Assembly: GCA_965206595.1 (NCBI GenBank)
Contig: OZ242214.1
Location: 6,048,001-6,112,000, forward strand
DNA: 64,000 nt
Direction of reading: 5' to 3'
Origin: Candidatus Latescibacterota bacterium
GTDB taxonomy: Bacteria > Latescibacterota > UBA2968 > UBA8231
A program made the translations under genes and the position numbers. The notes under the pieces were generated by a model, which saw only the letters and a list, made by a program, of their open reading frames with translations, was not told the DNA's origin and did not search any database. Positions 45,840-55,666 of this stretch are shown piece by piece. How positions within the stretch are numbered: position 1 is the stretch's first letter; every line of letters starts with the position of its first letter.

Positions 45840-46936
45840 TTTACGTCTCCTTCCGGGGAGAGGACGACCGGCTCGCGCTCGAGACGGATGCCGAACCGGT
45901 CCTCCACCTGTTGTTGAATCGCGGCGGCCAGCTTCAGCACGTCGGCGCTGCCGCCGCTTCGATTGACCAGGGCCAGGGCGTGGTTCTCGGAGATGGCCGC
46001 CCCCCCAAGGCGTTGGCCCTTGCGGAACCCGGCGCGCTCGACGAGCCAGGCGGCAGGAACCTTGTGCCCGCCAGGGTCGGGAAAGACCGGGATCGACCCC
46101 TCCTTCCCGGAGGGTCCGGCGGGGCAACGGCGGCGCAGATCGGAGAGCTCCGTTTCGCTGAGCACCGGGTTGAGAAAGAACGAGCCGACGGAGCGGGTAT
46201 TGGGATCGCCGGGATCGAGCACCATCGACTTGCTTCGCCTCAGCTCGAGCACCGCCGCCCTCACCGCGGACGAGGCAGGCTCCCCGGGCTCGAGATCGTC
46301 GAGGCCGCCGCGGCGGGCGAGGCAGTCGCTCAACTCCCGGTAGCGCAGTTCCGGCAGGACTCTTTCCTCGAGACAAAAAACCACCTCCGTTATGACGAAG
46401 CAGTCGCGGTCCTCGCTTTTGAAGCGGCTGTTGCGGTAGCGGAAACCACACTGCCGGTTGGCGAATTCCACCTTCCGCAGGGTGCGGCGGTCGATGGCGC
46501 GCACCGCAGCGATGGTGCCGGCGACCTCCTGGCCGTAGGCGCCGACGTTCTGCATCGGCGCCGCCCCTGTCATTCCCGGGATTCCCGAAAGGCACTCGAT
46601 ACCGGAAAGATTGCGGGCGATGCACCTGCGGACGAGATCGTCCCAGTCTTCTCCCGCAAAAGCGCTCACCTCGACTGTTGCGCCGCTTTCGTCGAAGCGG
46701 ACGCCCTGCAGCTCGAGCTTCAGAACGAGTCCGCGGTACCCGTTGTCGTCGAAGATGGTGTTGCTGCCGCCGCCGAGGACCTGCACCGGCAACCGTCGCC
46801 CGGCCGCCCAGTCGAGTGCGGTCCTGATTTCGTCCGCGGTTCTGCACCGGGCCAGATAGCGCGCCGGACCGCCGAGACGCATGGTGGTCATCGGCGACAG
46901 ATCGACCTGCTCTTCGATGATTTCGGGGGTGTCCAT
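45836..46936 (-). CDS. murB: UDP-N-acetylenolpyruvoylglucosamine reductase
   Basis: LGGGSN, SGIPG..GAAPMQNVGAYG, F.YRNS.FK, GSFFLNP, HALALVN, LEREP. Confidence 0.95.
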   Translation of the reverse strand: MDTPEIIEEQVDLSPMTTMRLGGPARYLARCRTADEIRTALDWAAGRRLPVQVLGGGSNTIFDDNGYRGLVLKLELQGVRFDESGATVEVSAFAGEDWDDLVRRCIARNLSGIECLSGIPGMTGAAPMQNVGAYGQEVAGTIAAVRAIDRRTLRKVEFANRQCGFRYRNSRFKSEDRDCFVITEVVFCLEERVLPELRYRELSDCLARRGGLDDLEPGEPASSAVRAAVLELRRSKSMVLDPGDPNTRSVGSFFLNPVLSETELSDLRRRCPAGPSGKEGSIPVFPDPGGHKVPAAWLVERAGFRKGQRLGGAAISENHALALVNRSGGSADVLKLAAAIQQQVEDRFGIRLEREPVVLSPEGDVK

Positions 46937-47178
46937 CGGTAGATCGAAGAAACCGCAGCCGCTCCGGGCCGACAAGGGCGGAGGCGTGAAAACGGGTTGG
47001 ACATGGGGGAAGTAAAGCATTTGTTTTCAACGGTTTGCGCCGCCCCCGTAAACGACGCGGGTCGAGCCACCGGAAGCGGCGGCGCGATGAAGAGAGCCGG
47101 GGAATTGCATGCCAGCTCCGCAAACCCGGGTAGTCAAGGTCGAAGCGATTCAGGAATCCAGATAGATCCGAAACACCG

Positions 47179-48489
47179 ATGCAGACTTCCATCTCCCCAG
47201 AGCTGAAGAACGATCCGGACGTTCAGGTTTCCGAAGAGGCGTTGCGCACCTGCGTGCACTGCGGGTTCTGCAACGCCACCTGTCCCACCTATCTCCTGAC
47301 CGGAAACGAGCTCGAGGGACCGCGCGGCCGCATCTACCTGATCAAGAGCATGCTCGAAGGCAGGATCGCCCCGACGGAAAGCACCGTCGAGCATATCGAC
47401 AACTGCCTCGCCTGCCTCGCTTGTGAGACCACCTGTCCCAGCGGCGTGGTCTATTCCCACCTCCTCGAAGATGCGCGGCCGCGGCTGGAGAAACTCCACC
47501 GGAGGGATTGGGTCGACCGCCTGATGCGTGCCGTGCTGACCCGGTTGCTCCCCTGGCCCGGGCGATTCCGGTGGGCGCTTCGGATGGCCGTCATCGGCAG
47601 GCGGGCGGCTTTCCTGGTGCCGCGGCGTTTTCGCCACCTGACGGCGATGGCCCCGCGCTCGTTGCCCGCCCCTTCCCGCCTGGCGACTCCGGGGGTGAAG
47701 CCCGCCTCGGGTGCTCGCATGCGGGCAGCCCTTCTCACCGGCTGCGCCCAGCAGGTGCTCGGCCCGCAGATCAACGACGCGACGATTCGGCTGCTCACCC
47801 GCCGCGGCGTCGAAGTCGTGGTGCCGGAAGCGATGGGTTGCTGCGGCGCCCTGACCTACCACATCGGCGAACGCCGGCACAGCCTGCGGATGATGCGGCG
47901 CAACATCGAGGCCTGGTACCGCGAGCTGCGGGGAGCCGGGCTCGACGCCATCGTGCTAAACACCTCAGGCTGCGGGACCGCGGTTCGGGAGTACGCCCAT
48001 ATCTTCCGCAACGACCCGGAGTGGGCGGAGAAAGCCGCGGCCGTCACCCCGCTGGTGCGCGACGTTTCCGAGGTGGTCAGCGAGATCGGGCTGGGGGAAG
48101 TCGCCAAGCTGCCGCGGCTCCGCGTCGCCTATCACGACGCCTGCTCGCTGCAGCACGGCCAGAAGATCGTCGCGCCTCCGCGCGAACTGCTGAGCGCCGC
48201 CGGTTTCGAGGTGGTCGAGGTTCCCGAGTCCCACATTTGCTGCGGCAGCGCCGGTACCTACAACCTGCTGCGCCCGGAGTTGGCGAATCAGCTGCGCGAG
48301 CGCAAGGGCGCAAATATCCGGAGCATCGAACCGGAGCTGGTCGCCGCGGGGAATATCGGCTGCATCGAACAGATCGCGTCCGCAGTCGACGTCCCGGTGG
48401 TGCACACGGTGGAGCTGCTCGACTGGGCAACGGGAGGTCCGAAGCCCGCGGCGATGGGCGCCTCTACAGGACCATCTCGACGCGACTGA
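47179..48489 (+). CDS. glcF: glycolate oxidase iron-sulfur subunit
   Basis: CVHCGFCNATCPT, CLACLACETTCP, two CCG domains. Confidence 0.92.
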   Translation: MQTSISPELKNDPDVQVSEEALRTCVHCGFCNATCPTYLLTGNELEGPRGRIYLIKSMLEGRIAPTESTVEHIDNCLACLACETTCPSGVVYSHLLEDARPRLEKLHRRDWVDRLMRAVLTRLLPWPGRFRWALRMAVIGRRAAFLVPRRFRHLTAMAPRSLPAPSRLATPGVKPASGARMRAALLTGCAQQVLGPQINDATIRLLTRRGVEVVVPEAMGCCGALTYHIGERRHSLRMMRRNIEAWYRELRGAGLDAIVLNTSGCGTAVREYAHIFRNDPEWAEKAAAVTPLVRDVSEVVSEIGLGEVAKLPRLRVAYHDACSLQHGQKIVAPPRELLSAAGFEVVEVPESHICCGSAGTYNLLRPELANQLRERKGANIRSIEPELVAAGNIGCIEQIASAVDVPVVHTVELLDWATGGPKPAAMGASTGPSRRD

Positions 48490-49018
48490 GGCTCTTCTTG
48501 TCGAGATCGTTGAGGTTGGAGATCTCGAAGCGGTTGCCGTCGACGTCGATCATCAGCAAGCGGAAATCCCCCAGCCACTGGGCGTTCTCGGCGACATTCT
48601 GAACCACGAACTCGCGCCTTCCCCGGTTGGTATCCACGTCCCAGTACGAGGTCCCGAACTCGTGGCGCACCGAGTGCACGCGCTCGACCAGCGAGGTGAG
48701 GTAGCGGCGGTCGAGCTCCTCCTCGACAATGCGCCGGGTCTCGTCGTTCAGCTGGCCGAGGTCGTCGATCATGCAGACCTCCTCCTCCTTTGCGTCGAGG
48801 AAGGAGATGTAGCGGTCGGGATGCGTCAGCGGCGCCGCGCGGACGACCCTGATCCTGATATAGGAGCGGTCCTCTTCGATGGTCAGGCGCAGCTGCCACG
48901 GCGGCTCGCGAAAGAGGCGTACCCTGTCGACATCGACGCGCTCCGGGTGGGTCACCACAATCGGAGTTGCCGCCTGCTGCGGGTTGCCGTTGGCGCCTGT
49001 CGTTTTATCGTCGCTCAC
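48464..49018 (-). CDS. DUF1854 domain protein
   Basis: VRAAPLTHPDRYISF..EEVCMIDDL..W.VDTNRG..D.DGNRF. Confidence 0.85.
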   Translation of the reverse strand: MSDDKTTGANGNPQQAATPIVVTHPERVDVDRVRLFREPPWQLRLTIEEDRSYIRIRVVRAAPLTHPDRYISFLDAKEEEVCMIDDLGQLNDETRRIVEEELDRRYLTSLVERVHSVRHEFGTSYWDVDTNRGRREFVVQNVAENAQWLGDFRLLMIDVDGNRFEISNLNDLDKKSLSRVEMVL

Positions 49019-49032
49019 CAGTTCCCCTCCTC

Positions 49033-51276
49033 TCAGCCGCTGACGGCCATTATTGCGGTGGTTTCCTGCTGCGTCCTGACGAGGTTGTAGAAGAACCCTT
49101 TGCGCTCCATCAACTCGGTGTGGGTGCCAATCTCGACTACCTTGCCGTCGTCGAGCACCACCAGCCGGTCTGCGCTGCGCAGCGTCGACAGGCGGTGGGC
49201 AATGGCAAAGGTGGTGCGGCCCTCGATCAGGCGCGCGATGGCCTCCTGTATTTTGCCTTCGGTCTGCGAGTCGAGGGATGAGGTGGCCTCGTCGAGAATG
49301 AGGATGCGCGGATCGTGCAGGATGGCGCGCGCAATGGCTATGCGCTGTTTCTCGCCCCCCGACAGCTTGTCCCCCTGCTCTCCGACCACCATGTCGTAGC
49401 CGTCCGGCTTGGCGATGATGAATTCGTGGGCGTTGGCGGCGCGCGAGGCGCGCAGTACCTCGGCGAACGTCGCCCCCGGCTTGCCGTAACCGATGTTCTC
49501 GGCGATGGTGCCGTTGAACAGGAACGATTGCTGCGCCACCAGGCCGATCTGGCCTCGCAGATCCTCGAGTTTCATGTCGCGAATATCGACGCCGTCGATC
49601 ATCAGTGAGCCGCGGGTTGCGTCGTAGAAACGGCAGATCATGTTGATGAGGGTGCTCTTGCCGGCTCCCGATTTGCCGACCAGGCCGATCATCTCTCCCG
49701 GCTCGACGTCGAAATCGATGTTCTTCAGCACCCGCTTGCCGGCGTCGTACCCGAACGACAGGCCATCGAACCGGACGCGCCCCTCAAGCGAGGGCATCGG
49801 CAGCGCGTCGGGATCGCCGAACGGCTCGGTGCGGGAGTCGATGACCTCGAAAATGCGCTCGGCGCCGGCGTAGGCGCGCATCATGAAGCCGTAGAAATCG
49901 CCGAACCACTTCAGCGGCTGGTAGAGCATCCATAGGTAGGTGATGAAGGCGATCAACTCGCCGAGCGCCATCGTGCCTCCGAGAATCTGGCGGCCTCCGA
50001 AGTACCAGACGAAGAACACCCCGAAGCTCATGAAGAAGTTGGTGATCATGAAGAACACCACCCAGACCCGTTCGGCGGAGACCGTGACGGCGCGCAAGTC
50101 GTCGTTGCGGCGGTCGAAGCGCTGGCCCTCGCGGCGCTCCTGCGCAAAAGCCTTGACCACCCTGATGCCGCGAATCGATTCGTTCAGGTGGGAGGACAGG
50201 CGGCCCCACTGTGCCGACCAGCGCTGCCAGTACGACTCCATCCGTTTCCAGATCAGGCTGCTGCCGATGACGATGGGCGGAACCGGGAGCAGCACCCACA
50301 GGGTCAGCTCCCAGTTCTTGTAGAAAAGGAGCCCGAGGATCCCGATCACCATGAGGGCGTTGTTGAGGATATAGGGGAGGTCGAACAGCAGGTAGACTTC
50401 GACGAGATCGGCATCGTTCGACATTCTCGAAATCAGGGTGCCGACCTTGCGCTTGTCGTAGAACCGCAACGGCAGATACTGCAAGGCCCGGTAGAGATCG
50501 GAGCGCAGTTCCTCGATGGCGCGAAACCCTACCCAGCAGCCGAGCCACCGGCGGGTCACCCAGGTGACCCAGCCCATGATGTTGACGGCGAGCAGACCGG
50601 CGACCAGCCATCCCAGCAGACCCAGGTTGGATCTGGGGGTCAGGACGTCGTCGATGATGCGCTCGGTGATCAGGGGAGGCAGGAGGTCGAAGAACGCCTC
50701 GGTGGTGAGCACCAGCAACAGCAGCACGAGCCGGTTTTTGTAGACCATCATGTAGCGGATCAGCCGCCGCAGAGTCGCCAGCTTCTTCACGCACGCCGGA
50801 CAGACGCCGTCCTTTTCGGGAAGCACGCGGAGGCAGCGCTCGCAGCGGGTGCGCTCGACCGTCGTCGGCAGGGTGACGGTCCTGCCTTCGGCCAGCTGCT
50901 GAATCCCCTCGGCCACCTCGCCGAACCTGGTCGCCAGCGAGTTGGAGTAGTAGAGGAACTCCGGCTCCCCTTCCTTCCGCTCCACCTCCAGGCGTCCGCC
51001 GCCGACAAGGGCTTCGGCGCGCGCGGTTCTGACCGCTTCCACCGGTATCTGCACGGCCCCATCCCTGCCGTCGGCACCCAGGAAAACGACGCGCCTGTTG
51101 GTAACGACCAGCCAGCTTTCCCCGTACTGGTGCCGGCCCGACATGTCGGTGGCGACCTGGATGAGGACATGCTCTTCCGGGGAGGTGACTCTCCGCAGGT
51201 TGCGGTCGATCTCCTCTGGCAGGATCTCGACGAATGGGTTGGCCGTCTTTGTCGCAGCGGTGGTCACGGCAGTCAA
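49033..51276 (-). CDS. ABC exporter (TMD+NBD) with N-terminal extension and Zn-ribbon
   Basis: CERC..CPAC; GKSGAGKS, LSGGEKQR, ILDEAT. Confidence 0.92.
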   Translation of the reverse strand: MTAVTTAATKTANPFVEILPEEIDRNLRRVTSPEEHVLIQVATDMSGRHQYGESWLVVTNRRVVFLGADGRDGAVQIPVEAVRTARAEALVGGGRLEVERKEGEPEFLYYSNSLATRFGEVAEGIQQLAEGRTVTLPTTVERTRCERCLRVLPEKDGVCPACVKKLATLRRLIRYMMVYKNRLVLLLLVLTTEAFFDLLPPLITERIIDDVLTPRSNLGLLGWLVAGLLAVNIMGWVTWVTRRWLGCWVGFRAIEELRSDLYRALQYLPLRFYDKRKVGTLISRMSNDADLVEVYLLFDLPYILNNALMVIGILGLLFYKNWELTLWVLLPVPPIVIGSSLIWKRMESYWQRWSAQWGRLSSHLNESIRGIRVVKAFAQERREGQRFDRRNDDLRAVTVSAERVWVVFFMITNFFMSFGVFFVWYFGGRQILGGTMALGELIAFITYLWMLYQPLKWFGDFYGFMMRAYAGAERIFEVIDSRTEPFGDPDALPMPSLEGRVRFDGLSFGYDAGKRVLKNIDFDVEPGEMIGLVGKSGAGKSTLINMICRFYDATRGSLMIDGVDIRDMKLEDLRGQIGLVAQQSFLFNGTIAENIGYGKPGATFAEVLRASRAANAHEFIIAKPDGYDMVVGEQGDKLSGGEKQRIAIARAILHDPRILILDEATSSLDSQTEGKIQEAIARLIEGRTTFAIAHRLSTLRSADRLVVLDDGKVVEIGTHTELMERKGFFYNLVRTQQETTAIMAVSG

Positions 51277-53558
51277 ACGGGAAGGGCGATGATTTCCGAG
51301 GTCTCTTTCTGAAGTTCCACGAGGTCGCGGAAGGCACCTTTTTCCGCCATCAGTTCCTCGTGCGAGCCGATTTGGACGATGCGGCCGTCGTCGAGGACGA
51401 TGAGGCGGTCGGCATTGCGCAACGTCGACAGTCTATGGGCGATGACGAAGGTCGTTCTCCCCTCGATCATGCGCCCGAGCGCGTCCTGAATCTGCTTCTC
51501 CGTGTCGACGTCGACGGAGGACGTCGCCTCATCGAGGATGAGTATTCGCGGGTTGTGCAACATCGCCCGCGCTATGGCTACGCGCTGCTTTTCACCGCCC
51601 GATAGGTTGTTGCCCTGCTCCCCGACCTGGGTTTCGTACCCGTCCGGTTTGGCGATGATGAAGTTGTGGGCGTTGGCGAGCCGCGCGGCGTGCATGATCT
51701 CCTCGAAATTCGCGTCGGGGTTGCCGTAACCGATGTTCTCTCCGATGGTGCCGCTGAACAGCACGGGCTCCTGCAGAACGATACCGATTTGTCGTCGCAG
51801 GTCGCGCAGGTTGATTTTGCGAATGTCGACACCGTCGACCTCGATGGCGCCGTGGTCGACGTCGTAGAAACGGGCGATGAGGTTGATCGTCGTAGTTTTG
51901 CCGACTCCCGACTTGCCCACCAGTCCGATCATCTCGCCCGGCTCGATGTCGGCGCTGACTCCGTGGAGCACAGGCTTGCTCTTGTCGTAGCCGAAGGTCA
52001 CATCCTTGAAGGTCACGCGGCCCTCGATCTTCCTCATGCGCACCGCTTTCGGATCGTGGTACGACTCCGGTTCGGTGTCGATGACCTCGAATACCCGTTC
52101 CGCTCCGGCAAAGGCGCTCGTCATCCAGGAGTTGACCTGCCCGAACCATTCGAGCGGGCCGTAGACCATCCACATGAACGAGTAGAAGGCCAACAGGGTA
52201 CCGAGCGTCATTTCGTTCGACAGCACCTGTTTGCCGCCGAATAGCCATACGATCAGCACCCCGAATCCGGTCAGGAAGGTGATCGTCGCGTGGAACACCG
52301 TGCGGTTGACGGCGGTCTTGATGCCGATTTCCGTCGCCCTGCGGTTGACCTTGTGGAAGCTCCTGCGCTCCCGCTCCTCCTGGGCGAACGCCTTGACGAC
52401 GCGGATACCGGCGAGAGTTTCCGCGGTGCGATCGGTGAGCGACGACCAGACCGCGCTGTACTGGGTGAAGAGTCTGCGCATGCGCTCCCAGAACGCCGCG
52501 CCCCAGAGCAGCAACAGCGGCACCGGCAGAAGGATATAGAGCGTAAGCTCCCAGCTCATCCACAGAAGAAAGCCGAGAATGCCGAGCATCATCATAGCAT
52601 TGATGACGAGGTACGGCAGCCCGTCCACGAGAAATTCCTGCAGCCTGCCCGAGTCGCGCGTCACCCGGGCCATCAGCGCACCGACGCGGCGCTTGTCGTA
52701 GAACTGCAGCGACAGCATCTCCAGCCTGCGGTAGAGTTGGCTGCGGATGTCCGCTGTCGCCTGGGCGCCAAGCCAGGCTACGATCCAGCCGTGAACCCAT
52801 TCGGCTCCCCAGCTGCCTATGCGGATCCCGACAAGGGCGAGCACGAGAATGCCGAGAAGGGCAAGGCGCTCGTCGACCGGGGCGGGATCGCCGTCGATAG
52901 GAACCAGCACCTCGTCGACGATGCGCTTGGTGATCAGGGGCGGGGCGAGCTCCGCCCCGGTCGTCACTACCGAAGCCAGGGCCAGGGCCGCGGCCCGGAT
53001 CTTGTAGGGAGCCAAGTAGGCGGCGATGCGCTTGGTCGTCGACCACTTTTTCACACAGGCCGGACAGAGGCCGTTCTTCTCGGGCAACAGGAGTCCGCAC
53101 CGGGGGCAGCGGGTGCGCTCCAGCTCGGGGTTTATCAGGAACGGCTCCCCCTTGCGCAGCTGCTCAAGGCCCCGGACAACCTCGGAAAACTTGGCCGCTT
53201 CGGTGCCGGTGTAGGGAACGACCACGGTGGGCTCGCCGAAGCGCTCGATTTCCAACCTCCCGCCTCCCACGAGCGGTTCGGTCTGCGCGGCGCGCATCCT
53301 CTCGACAGGTACGTCGATCACGCTGCCGTCCGCGGGAAGGATGACGGCGCGGTGGTCGGTGATCACCACCCAGGTGTCGGCGTAACTGCCGTCGGCGCCG
53401 ATGTCGGCTCGCACTTGCACAAGGATCTGTTCGCCCGCGGGCAGGCAGGCGTCCAGCCTGGCAGCTGTGGACCGGTCTGCCGGCTCAATCAGACGAGAAC
53501 TGTCGCTGTCGTTCAAGGTCGAAACCATCCGGGGGGTCGCTGCACCTATTTGCTGCAC
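51273..53558 (-). CDS. ABC exporter (TMD+NBD), paralogue with N-terminal extension and Zn-ribbon
   Basis: CPRC..CPAC; GKSGVGKT, LSGGEKQR, ILDEAT. Confidence 0.92.
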   Translation of the reverse strand: MQQIGAATPRMVSTLNDSDSSRLIEPADRSTAARLDACLPAGEQILVQVRADIGADGSYADTWVVITDHRAVILPADGSVIDVPVERMRAAQTEPLVGGGRLEIERFGEPTVVVPYTGTEAAKFSEVVRGLEQLRKGEPFLINPELERTRCPRCGLLLPEKNGLCPACVKKWSTTKRIAAYLAPYKIRAAALALASVVTTGAELAPPLITKRIVDEVLVPIDGDPAPVDERLALLGILVLALVGIRIGSWGAEWVHGWIVAWLGAQATADIRSQLYRRLEMLSLQFYDKRRVGALMARVTRDSGRLQEFLVDGLPYLVINAMMMLGILGFLLWMSWELTLYILLPVPLLLLWGAAFWERMRRLFTQYSAVWSSLTDRTAETLAGIRVVKAFAQEERERRSFHKVNRRATEIGIKTAVNRTVFHATITFLTGFGVLIVWLFGGKQVLSNEMTLGTLLAFYSFMWMVYGPLEWFGQVNSWMTSAFAGAERVFEVIDTEPESYHDPKAVRMRKIEGRVTFKDVTFGYDKSKPVLHGVSADIEPGEMIGLVGKSGVGKTTTINLIARFYDVDHGAIEVDGVDIRKINLRDLRRQIGIVLQEPVLFSGTIGENIGYGNPDANFEEIMHAARLANAHNFIIAKPDGYETQVGEQGNNLSGGEKQRVAIARAMLHNPRILILDEATSSVDVDTEKQIQDALGRMIEGRTTFVIAHRLSTLRNADRLIVLDDGRIVQIGSHEELMAEKGAFRDLVELQKETSEIIALPV

Positions 53559-53776
53559 CTAATTAATGTATTGGTTTCAAGGTGTCGCCGACGGTTAGCG
53601 GGCTTTTTCCCGAAGACTTCCGGAGATGGAAGCGCAGCCTGTCAGTTAGCCGTTGCGATCTCCTTCGGACGCTCCCGTTGGGGACTCCCTGCGTCCTGGC
53701 AAACCGGTACGGGGCGAAAGGGGCAAGGTTCGCACTGCCACCGGGCCAGATAGGGGTGACCGCGGTCACGGGCGGA

Positions 53777-53959
53777 CTAGTTGCCGGAACTGCTGGATTT
53801 TCTTCGCCGGCGCTGGCGGGCGAATGGGGTCTCGATGCCGTACTGGCGGCAAAGACGACCGAAAGTACCGCCGGCGATACCGAGCGCTCTGCAGGCATCC
53901 TGGTTGCTCGCGTAAACACGGGCGGCTCTCTTGATCCACTCTCTGGGTATTTTCTGCAT
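53777..53959 (-). CDS. small basic HTH-like protein
   Basis: MQKIPREWIKRAARVYASNQDACRALGIAGGTFGRLCRQYGIETP (Fis-like HTH); GGAG RBS. Confidence 0.7.
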   Translation of the reverse strand: MQKIPREWIKRAARVYASNQDACRALGIAGGTFGRLCRQYGIETPFARQRRRRKSSSSGN

Positions 53960-54015
53960 CTCTTTCTTCTCCAAAAATGCTGTTTTGTAGCAGTGCGACT
54001 GATGCGTTGGTGCGT

Positions 54016-54031
54016 TGCAGATTTCGTGCCT
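54016..54031 (-). promoter_or_regulatory. sigma54 (-24/-12) promoter
   Basis: Minus strand AGGCACGAAATCTGCA, GG-N10-GC, 56 nt upstream of the small HTH ORF. Confidence 0.6.
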
Positions 54032-54086
54032 GGCAAAAAAAACGGCTGCGGCCTCTGAACTGATCCTTCCAGAGACTGCAGCCGGC

Positions 54087-54119
54087 AAAAAAAAACCGTA
54101 GGGATGTGATCCCTACGGT
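54087..54119 (-). terminator. intrinsic terminator
   Basis: ACCGTAGGGAT/ATCCCTACGGT stem followed by T9 on the minus strand. Confidence 0.8.
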
Positions 54120-54796
54120 ATGAGAAGAGCTTCGCGTGTCTGCTTTCTCAACCTCCGGGATCCTCACCAGCTGCAGGGCTGGTTTCGAACTTGGAGACCA
54201 TGGCGTTGTCCATCAGATGACCCCGATCGGTCCGCGGTATCACCGAAACGGCTTGGCATTTTACAGATCCGCCAAAGCCGGCCTTGGGAATTCGCTCCAC
54301 TCTGGAGTGATCCGCGCTGACTTCCCGGCGCCCGGTCGGGAACCCCTTGCCCATCCAGTCGACTTCCATCACCGATCGACATCCGGGGAATCCGAACGCG
54401 TCCTGCACGGCAAGGCCGGGTGCCGCGGCCATCATCGGCGCCCGGGATTTGGCGCACGCGAATCCGGACGTTTCCACCATCTCACATATGGGCAACAGGA
54501 AAGCGCCCGCTCCGGGCCGGTTACTCGGACCGAGCCGAGCCGCCGGGGCGAATTCGCCCTTCTTCTTCCTGCCGATGTGTGGAATCATCTCTTCATCCGG
54601 TTTCAGGTTGTCTGTTTCCATAGTGGCATTCCCTATGCTCCCTACCGTGCGCTCAAGGGGGTTAGTAACTCATTCCTCCCTGATCGATGTAAAACTTACC
54701 CGGTGGTTTTTTACAATGTCAAGTAGAAAAGCCGATCCATGCTGAGAAGAGATTGCGTTTTCAGTTCGGCTGTCCTCCTCTATATTCCGCTTTACC

Positions 54797-55651
54797 ATGA
54801 CGCTTTCGCCACCTCTCGAGGACCAGTCTGGAATGTCGCAAGCCGAGTTGGAAAAGCAGCGCGGCGACGGGGGGCAGGACAGCCTCTCTCTTCATAACGA
54901 GAAGCTGGAAGACCTGCTGCGCGAAAACGACTTCGAATCGATGTCCGCCGAGTCGATCCTCACTTGGGTGAGCTCGGCGTTCTCATCCGGCCGCGCCGTA
55001 CTGAGCACCAGTTTTCAGAACACAGGAGTGGCGATGATCCACATGCTGCGGCAACTCGACCTGAAGATCCGCATCGCCACCGTCGACACCTTGCGGTTAC
55101 ACCCTGAGACCTACGCCTACATCCGCGAGCTGGAGCAGCACTACGGCATCGAGATCGAGGTGCAGCGGCCCGATCCAGAGCAGGTTCGCAGCATGGTGGA
55201 TCGCTTCGGGGAGTACCTGTTCTTCGATTCGAAAGCGCGGCAGGAATACTGCTGTCAGATGCGCAAGCTCAGGCCCCATGACGAGCTGTTGAAGACGGTC
55301 GATTGCTGGATATCCGGAGTGCGCCGCGACCAGTCCGCGGTTCGCGAAAGGAACACGCCGAAGGCGACGACGGTTGCCGAGTACGGCTCGCGGAGGCAGA
55401 TCTTCAAGCTCAACCCGATGAGCGACTGGACCGAAGAACGCGTGCGCGAATACGTGGCGGAAAACCGGGTTCCCGTCCACCCGCTGTACGCGAAGGGGTA
55501 CCGCAGCATCGGATGCATCATCTGCTCGACTCCGACGTTGCCGGGAGAGGATCAGCGTGCCGGGCGCTGGCGCTGGTTCAACGGCAACGAGACCATCGGC
55601 GAAGAGGAGTTGAAGGAATGCGGTCTGCACGTGCCGGTGTACAACATTTGA
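54797..55651 (+). CDS. cysH: phosphoadenosine/adenosine phosphosulfate reductase
   Basis: STSF, DTLRLHPETY, CCQMRK, SGVRRDQS, GYRSIGCIIC, RAGRW, KECGLH. Confidence 0.93.
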   Translation: MTLSPPLEDQSGMSQAELEKQRGDGGQDSLSLHNEKLEDLLRENDFESMSAESILTWVSSAFSSGRAVLSTSFQNTGVAMIHMLRQLDLKIRIATVDTLRLHPETYAYIRELEQHYGIEIEVQRPDPEQVRSMVDRFGEYLFFDSKARQEYCCQMRKLRPHDELLKTVDCWISGVRRDQSAVRERNTPKATTVAEYGSRRQIFKLNPMSDWTEERVREYVAENRVPVHPLYAKGYRSIGCIICSTPTLPGEDQRAGRWRWFNGNETIGEEELKECGLHVPVYNI

Positions 55652-55666
55652 CACCGGTCTCTCCCA

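Noticed and set aside
45111-47192. 693-aa ORF as a fusion protein
   Set aside because: Only the last ~242 aa (GATase) are real; the rest overlaps murB in another frame
54148-54621. RNase P RNA or tmRNA in this interval
   Set aside because: No GAGGAAAGTCC core and no tRNA-like ends found
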